NCBI GenBank assembly: GCA_050633245.1
Contig: JBOEGD010000030.1
Coordinates: 128,001-192,000 of the forward strand
DNA length: 64,000 nt
From: Calditrichia bacterium
GTDB lineage: Bacteria; Calditrichota; Calditrichia; RBG-13-44-9; J075
Direction of reading: 5' to 3'
Part shown: positions 58,228 through 64,000 of the stretch, piece by piece
Layout: each line of letters starts with the position of its first letter
How positions within the stretch are numbered: the first letter of the stretch is position 1
Notes under the pieces: generated by a model
The model's database searches: none
What the model saw: only the letters and a program-made list of their open reading frames with translations
What the model was told of the DNA's origin: nothing
Made by a program: the position numbers and the translations under genes

Positions 58228-59657
58228 TGTAGCTGTGCAACCGCCCGTTGTGCCGATGGCATTTGTGGGTCGAGCTCCAGTGCTCTTTTATAATTAACCA
58301 GTGCTTTTTTGCGATCGCCTTTTTGCAGCCAGGCCTCGCCGAGGCTGTCATAGCAGTTCGCTGCGTCGGGAAAGAGCTCCGTGTTTAGGGTAAACATTGC
58401 GATAGCATCATCGATCTCTTTATCCCACATCAGCTCGTAGCCAATGTTGTTAAGTATCAGATCTCTCGGATCGTCCGGATGAAAATTAATAGTGAGTGAA
58501 TCAAAGTTTGTTTTAACGAACTTGATGCCCTGACTTTTGAATGCCTTATAGACATTTTGCCCCGCGGGAAGATGGGGCTTCTGTGGAGTTTTACCGCGAA
58601 TTATTGCGAGAATGCCCTGACCCAACTGCTCGGCAACCGGTTCATCCATATTTGCGAATACGAGCACGGAGGTTTGTATTCCGGGCATCTCATAAATGAC
58701 GGTGTTGGTACCGTTAAATCCACCGGCACTACCAAATGCTTTGTCTCCACCCTCAGCATACAGCTCTATTGCGCGCCTAATAAACGGATCCGCTTCGCGG
58801 ATGGGTGTACTGAGCAAGCTGTCGCTATAATAAAATACCTGATAAAATTTCAATATATCTGCAGCGGTGGAATAAAATCCACCGTCGGGTTTTGCCTGTT
58901 CCTGAAACTCCAGATTGTCTTCCAACTCGCCTTTAATCGTTTTGAAATATCCAACGGCTCGATTCTTTACCGCATGCGTATTCTCTACAAATGTCTCGTT
59001 GAGTTTTAAGGGAATGGTAATATGCTCTTTAATATTTTCATAGTAGCTTTTGCCACTCACCTTTTCGATGATTGCCCCGAGCAGTACATAGCCGGTATTG
59101 GAATACTCTTGCTCCGTTCCCGGCTGAAACAGTAACGGCAATTTGCGCGCTCGTTCTACAATGCCTGCAATATTGCGTGTCTTTTGTTCAGACTGAAAGA
59201 AGTCCGGGGTAAAATAGTCTCCATAGCCAGAGCGATGTGAGAGCAGATAGTCAATAGTGATTTTAGAGGCAGCTTCATCCGGAAAGCCGGCGAGGAACTT
59301 CCCAAGGTTATCTTCCCGCCGTAAGATGCCCTCTTCCAGAAGTTTGTAAATTAACAGTTTGGTAAACGTCTTGTTCATCGAGCCGATGTTAAATCGCGTC
59401 CGTACCGTATTGGCCTTACCGGTCTCGCGGTTAGAAAGCCCGAATGCTTTTAAGTAAAAGGGGTGCCCTTTTTCTGCAATAAGAACAACGCCGGAAAATA
59501 TATCAAGATCCTGATACTGTTTTATCAACAAATCTGTTTCACTGATAATTCGCGAAGCATTCCTTTCTATTTGGGAGAGCGGCTCTTTCTTGGGAGATTC
59601 AGATTGACAGGAAAGGTAAAATAACGTAGTAGTAAATAATAAATAGCGTAAGAACAT
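58224..59657 (-). CDS. Serine hydrolase lipoprotein (beta-lactamase-like) with C-terminal TPR
   Basis: Lipobox YLSC; SMNK (SxxK), YSN and NCYDSLGEA TPR; ATG 59657. Confidence 0.9.
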   Translation of the reverse strand: MFLRYLLFTTTLFYLSCQSESPKKEPLSQIERNASRIISETDLLIKQYQDLDIFSGVVLIAEKGHPFYLKAFGLSNRETGKANTVRTRFNIGSMNKTFTKLLIYKLLEEGILRREDNLGKFLAGFPDEAASKITIDYLLSHRSGYGDYFTPDFFQSEQKTRNIAGIVERARKLPLLFQPGTEQEYSNTGYVLLGAIIEKVSGKSYYENIKEHITIPLKLNETFVENTHAVKNRAVGYFKTIKGELEDNLEFQEQAKPDGGFYSTAADILKFYQVFYYSDSLLSTPIREADPFIRRAIELYAEGGDKAFGSAGGFNGTNTVIYEMPGIQTSVLVFANMDEPVAEQLGQGILAIIRGKTPQKPHLPAGQNVYKAFKSQGIKFVKTNFDSLTINFHPDDPRDLILNNIGYELMWDKEIDDAIAMFTLNTELFPDAANCYDSLGEAWLQKGDRKKALVNYKRALELDPQMPSAQRAVAQLQ

Positions 59658-59694
59658 GGCAAACCTCGGCGTGTTGGAGTGACTCAATATAGGT

Positions 59695-59723
59695 ATGACG
59701 CCGAAGGTTTGGGAAAAGTTTTA
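59695..59723 (-). promoter_or_regulatory. ECF sigma-type promoter
   Basis: TAAAAC-N17-CGTCAT on the minus strand, about 38 bp upstream of the ATG. Confidence 0.5.
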
Positions 59724-59752
59724 TCGGTGATCGGTGATCGGTGATCGGTGAT
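59723..59752. repeat. Heptamer tandem repeat ATCGGTG x4
   Basis: Read directly; same unit (reverse complement) as the CCGATCA repeats at 22757. Confidence 0.9.
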
Positions 59753-59813
59753 TGGAAAAATTCTACTTGGCTAGCTAAAAAATCAAACCGTATTTTTTAC
59801 TTCTGACTTCTGA

Positions 59814-61469
59814 CTAGTCACTCCCAGCTTCCATTTTTGCAATCATTTGCCTACCATTATCATTTTCGGGATTAAGCTCAATCGATTTCTTGTAAGACTG
59901 AATGGCCAGTTCGGTATTCCCTTGATACATATAGCCTTCACCGAGACTGTCATACGTATTCCACGACTCCGGGTGCGCGGCTACATTTAAGCGGAATAGC
60001 GTTATTGCGGCTTCCATATTTTTTTCGGACATCTTGCCGTAGCCAGCTCTGTTTATCTCGTCTTCAAAGTCGGTAAACTGATTAAGCTTATTGCTTTTCT
60101 TTTTCTTGAAGTAACTTGCTGCCGCATCAAAGCCCTTTGTGTCTGCGAGCTCGAGTAGCTCTTTACCAAGTCGCGTATGCTTGTGCTTGAGTATCGCTTG
60201 CATTGCCGGATCAATATTGTTGTGATAGTCTGTAGAAGTCAATGGCGTATAGAGATCCGGGGCAGTCCATTGGCGATCGTCTCTTGGATCCATATCCTGC
60301 CACCATAAATATGATGCGCGAACTGTAATACCGCTATTGGGAAGCTTAATTTTTTGAGTATCACCAAACAAATTAACGTTCTGTGATGTGGGTTCACCAA
60401 CAAAGGTAACGTGGGTCCAATTTTCAAGTCGGTTTGTGAAATTCTGAGCAGCAGAAAACGTGCGGGCTCCAATTATACAAAACAGTATTCCGGCCCGCTC
60501 CAGATTTGGGCGCTGAATAATTTCTTTTATGACGGGTCTTGTAAGGTAGTTATTTCCCCCGCCGTTACGGCGAATATCAACAACCAGTCGATCTGCTTCG
60601 CGGGTATCGATATCTTTAAACACGCGATTTGCAAATGCTGGAAGACTTTCTTCATCACTATTTCGGATGCTGTTAATTTGAATATAGGCAGTTTTAGTTG
60701 CATCATCATAAATATAAGCAAATGGTTTATTAACGTTACGCAGCCAGAGTGGAGTCGGATTCTTTGATTTATCCCGCGCGTCTGCCCAGTTGCCATCTTC
60801 ACGTGCAAAGTGATGACCACTGTTACCCTTATAGTCGCTGGTTGTTAAGCGCTTGGTAATAGACTTTCCATTTTTACTGAAGGTGAACTCTGTAGATTCT
60901 GTACCGGAACTAAGCCGAACTGCATGCAAAACTTTTGGCATCGTAAACAGTACTGGTAAATTGTATTTCAACCCCTGATCATTGTCCCTGGCGATAAGTG
61001 GTGATAAAGCTTTTAATGCATCGTCAATGCTCGCCTTTTCTATTGCAATGAGCTCAGCGCCTACAATCTCGGACAAGTCCTTAGGTGCAGCTTTAACAAA
61101 AATGCCATCTTCCAACCAGTGGAATTGTAGTGCAAATCGTTTGAACGGAATTGCTCTATCACCAAAGCGAATACCGGAATGGCCATCGCCAACAGCATTT
61201 GCGATGCGGGCGAGCTCTACGATTACTTCGTGTGATTGCATGTTCGGAATATTTGCGTGAAGTTTTTTTACTGCATTGTGAAAGGATTCTTCGGATTGAG
61301 TGTGAAATAGATCTTTGTGACGTTCCTGCATTTCAGTAGAGAGAGTTTGCAGATCTTCTCGCCATTGCTCCGGGGTAAGTGTCTCCTGGGCAATTACTTT
61401 GCTATGTAATACGAATAGGGAAACAATAATTGAAATAACTAAAGCTAGTTTTTTTAGCAATTCTTTCAT
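59814..61469 (-). CDS. Secreted S41-like peptidase with C-terminal TPR
   Basis: Signal peptide; DGHS, VDIRRNGGGN, TFSAA, VGEPT and NTYDSLGEGY TPR. Confidence 0.85.
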   Translation of the reverse strand: MKELLKKLALVISIIVSLFVLHSKVIAQETLTPEQWREDLQTLSTEMQERHKDLFHTQSEESFHNAVKKLHANIPNMQSHEVIVELARIANAVGDGHSGIRFGDRAIPFKRFALQFHWLEDGIFVKAAPKDLSEIVGAELIAIEKASIDDALKALSPLIARDNDQGLKYNLPVLFTMPKVLHAVRLSSGTESTEFTFSKNGKSITKRLTTSDYKGNSGHHFAREDGNWADARDKSKNPTPLWLRNVNKPFAYIYDDATKTAYIQINSIRNSDEESLPAFANRVFKDIDTREADRLVVDIRRNGGGNNYLTRPVIKEIIQRPNLERAGILFCIIGARTFSAAQNFTNRLENWTHVTFVGEPTSQNVNLFGDTQKIKLPNSGITVRASYLWWQDMDPRDDRQWTAPDLYTPLTSTDYHNNIDPAMQAILKHKHTRLGKELLELADTKGFDAAASYFKKKKSNKLNQFTDFEDEINRAGYGKMSEKNMEAAITLFRLNVAAHPESWNTYDSLGEGYMYQGNTELAIQSYKKSIELNPENDNGRQMIAKMEAGSD

Positions 61470-61530
61470 GGGGCTTCCTCGTTAATGAACCCAAAGAGGT
61501 TTTGTGTATATAGATTGACTACGTAATAAT

Positions 61531-61559
61531 TAGACAGTTTGATTCAAAAAAAAGTTTAC
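61531..61559 (-). promoter_or_regulatory. ECF sigma-type promoter
   Basis: GTAAAC-N17-TGTCTA on the minus strand upstream of the S41 gene. Confidence 0.5.
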
Positions 61560-61624
61560 AAGGGAAAAAAATTGACGGCATTCGGTAAAATTTTAGCTTG
61601 CTGTGAGACAAAGTCAAGTAGTAG

Positions 61625-61693
61625 TCACGACTCACGACTCACGACTCACGACTCACGACTCACGACTCACGACTCACGACTCACGACTCACGA
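61625..61693. repeat. Heptamer tandem repeat TCACGAC, 9 perfect copies plus one partial
   Basis: Read directly. Confidence 0.95.
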
Positions 61694-61757
61694 TTGTCTT
61701 ATTGCCCAATTGCCTTCTTCCCACTAAATTATGATAAACCCAAACCAGAGGACTTTC

Positions 61758-64000
61758 ATGCGTTATTTATTGGCTGTTGTTATCAGTTTGTTACTGTTCT
61801 CCTGTTCAGCTACTGAAAAAGTTATGCAAAAGGTTGAGCCCGAGCTGAAGCTGCACGTGCCGTCTCCCGAATGGCAAGATCAGGTGATGTATTTTATTAT
61901 GATCGACCGCTTTAATGACGGAGATTCTTCGAATAACGATCAGGGGATGGGTGAATATGATCCCGCTGATGAGCGTAAGTTCAGTGGCGGAGATTTAAAA
62001 GGAATTACGCAGAAATTGGATTATATAAAAGAACTTGGTGCAACGTCTATTTGGATAACGCCGCCGGTTGCTAATCAGTGGTGGAATCCGGGTGTGCAGT
62101 TTGGCGGCTATCACGGCTATTGGGCGCAGGATTTTAAGTCAATAGACAAGCATTTTGGTTCACTGGATGATTACAAACAGCTCTCTGATCAGATGCACAG
62201 GCGGAATATGTATCTCATTCATGATATCGTCGTTAATCACACTGGAGATTATTTCTATTACAAAGGTGATTATAATCCTGATGAACCACAAAAAAACTAT
62301 CATTTTAATAAAGGCGTTGTTCCAACAACAGCACCTACTCAGTTTCCGTTTTCGCTGAATAACGTGAATAACCCGGAACATCTGGTTGCAGATATTTATA
62401 ACTGGACACCCAACATTCTTAATTATCAGGATAAAAATGAGCGCCTGTATTATCAATTAAGTGGACTGGATGATCTGAATACTGAAAACCCGGTGGTGCG
62501 TAACGCGCTAAAAGATTCTTACCGCTACTGGATAAAAGAAGTCGGTGTGGATGCCTATCGTATTGACACTATTATTTATGTGGAAACGGACTTTTGGAAT
62601 GATTTTGTTCATGCTTCCGACGGAATGAATGTGGCTGCTTCTGAAACCGGCCGCGACGAATTTCTGATGTTCGGAGAAGCCTTCGTTGGATCGGAGCCTT
62701 ATTCTGAAGAGGGCGATAAATTTGTGGCGTCTTATTTTGGTACTGCCGAGCAGCCCGGCGTGAACTCGATGCTAAACTTCCCCCTCCATTACACGCTGCG
62801 ACGCGTTTTTGCTGAAGGTAATCCCACAGCATATTTAGGGTATCGCTTGAACCTGGCAGCCAATAGCGGTATTTACAAAAAACCACACACACTCACCAAC
62901 TTTCTGGATAATCACGACACGCAGCGTTTTATGGAAACCGGAAGCCTTGAGGCGTTTAAGCAGGCCCTTACCTGTTTGCTAACGATTCCGGGCATTCCTA
63001 TTATCTATCAAGGAACCGAACAGGCGTTTGATATTCAGCGAAAATCAATGTTTGCCGAAGGCTGGGCATCCGAAGGGAAAGACCATTTTGATACCGACTC
63101 TCAGATGTTTGTATTTCTGCAGGATTTGATTCAGTTGCGAAAGGATCATCTGATCCTTTCGCGTGGAGATCTTTCTGTTTTGCAGGAATCTAAAGTAGGC
63201 TCCGGTGTATTAGCTTACAGGCGAACGTATAATGGCAAAAGCGCCATTGTTCTTTTCAACACCGCGGATGAACGTATTTTGTTGAGCAATTTGAAAACGG
63301 GCCTGGCAAAAAATACGGTATTGCAGAAAGCCTTCGGCAGGAACTTGCCTTCGCAGCTTATTTGTAAGAGAGATGGAACATTGAGTTACGAATTACCTGC
63401 TAGAAGTTATGGTGTCTATTTCGTTGACGACGTGCAGCCCGGATTGCAGCAAACGTCTCAGAAATTGACAATCGAGGCGGCTCCAACTGATACTTTACGC
63501 AGCGATTTACAACTTCAGGGAAGCATCGATGGTGATATTGCTGATGTACGGATTGTAATAGATGGTAAGCTGGATCGCTCACTTGTTGCATCGGTGCAAG
63601 GCAATCACTGGACGGCGTCCCTGCCGATTTCCAGATTTCCCTTTGGCGACACGCGCCATACGCTAACGGCTTATTCTAAAGAAACCGGTGCTTCTTCCCG
63701 GACGATTGAAATAACGACCAGCCTCAGAGTTCAGGGTAAGGTGTTAAAAGTTGATGACCCTAAGGGCGATGATCATGGTCCTAATGGCAACTACAAGATT
63801 CCAAGCGACGTGACCTTCGGTAAGCAAATGGATATTGAGCATGTTGAGCTACGTTCTTTTGGAGGAAATTTGATGGTGCAATTGCGGATGGGTGAAGTAT
63901 CTACCTATTGGGCACCACCTAATAAGTTTGATCACGTTGGCTTGCAGGTGTTTATCGACTTACCCAATAGCGAGGGTAAATCTGTACTGCCGCGGCTAAA
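61758..64000 (+). CDS. GH13 alpha-amylase-family lipoprotein, 3'-partial (not in the ORF track)
   Basis: Lipobox LFSC; YFIMIDRFNDGD, GGDLKGI, YHGYWAQDF, DIVVNH, AYRIDT and NFLDNHD; late DDPKGDDHGP resembles a glucodextranase DOMON-like domain. Confidence 0.92.
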   Translation, partial: MRYLLAVVISLLLFSCSATEKVMQKVEPELKLHVPSPEWQDQVMYFIMIDRFNDGDSSNNDQGMGEYDPADERKFSGGDLKGITQKLDYIKELGATSIWITPPVANQWWNPGVQFGGYHGYWAQDFKSIDKHFGSLDDYKQLSDQMHRRNMYLIHDIVVNHTGDYFYYKGDYNPDEPQKNYHFNKGVVPTTAPTQFPFSLNNVNNPEHLVADIYNWTPNILNYQDKNERLYYQLSGLDDLNTENPVVRNALKDSYRYWIKEVGVDAYRIDTIIYVETDFWNDFVHASDGMNVAASETGRDEFLMFGEAFVGSEPYSEEGDKFVASYFGTAEQPGVNSMLNFPLHYTLRRVFAEGNPTAYLGYRLNLAANSGIYKKPHTLTNFLDNHDTQRFMETGSLEAFKQALTCLLTIPGIPIIYQGTEQAFDIQRKSMFAEGWASEGKDHFDTDSQMFVFLQDLIQLRKDHLILSRGDLSVLQESKVGSGVLAYRRTYNGKSAIVLFNTADERILLSNLKTGLAKNTVLQKAFGRNLPSQLICKRDGTLSYELPARSYGVYFVDDVQPGLQQTSQKLTIEAAPTDTLRSDLQLQGSIDGDIADVRIVIDGKLDRSLVASVQGNHWTASLPISRFPFGDTRHTLTAYSKETGASSRTIEITTSLRVQGKVLKVDDPKGDDHGPNGNYKIPSDVTFGKQMDIEHVELRSFGGNLMVQLRMGEVSTYWAPPNKFDHVGLQVFIDLPNSEGKSVLPRL

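Noticed and set aside
61539-61727. ORF with HDSRLTT repeats, and the similar ORFs at 22613-22877
   Set aside because: These are translations of heptamer tandem repeats with no RBS or protein-like content.
62155-63591. Short ORFs listed at the right end of the window
   Set aside because: They are shadows of the long GH13 reading frame that starts at 61758 and runs off the window.

Overview
Bacterial chromosomal window, probably FCB superphylum and Calditrichota-like (inferred from Shine-Dalgarno use, a group II GGGP synthase and many Bacteroidota-like accessory genes). It appears to span the replication origin. An intergenic oriC candidate at about 39.0-39.3 kb has an AT-rich unwinding element, DnaA-trio-like triplets, tandem DnaA boxes and two opposed arrays of weak boxes phased at about 11 bp, and the GC skew looks by eye to flip there. 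Three near-perfect parS sites lie to its left, two of them bracketing mnmG. The rpmH-rnpA-yidC-mnmE-mnmG cluster is present but has no dnaA; an orphan ParA-like/beta-barrel/EnvC operon sits where dnaA normally would. Bases 1-25.7 kb are about 32 co-oriented accessory genes and remnants: a putative HEPN defence gene, HigBA, an AKR-Rid fusion with an APC permease, LysE/DMT exporters, CreD and three pseudogenes. The right half carries mscL, a DapB homologue lacking its catalytic residues, trmH, a BCAM0308/GGGPS/gmhA operon, a DsrE-like gene, three TPR-tailed secreted hydrolases sharing an ECF-type promoter motif, PIN and HipA-like/DUF3037 modules, csp, deaD and a partial GH13 amylase. Intergenic regions are rich in REP-like palindromes and 7/8/14-mer tandem repeats. 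No rRNA, tRNA, CRISPR array, integrase or transposase was seen. All family calls come from motif recognition by eye; no database search was run.
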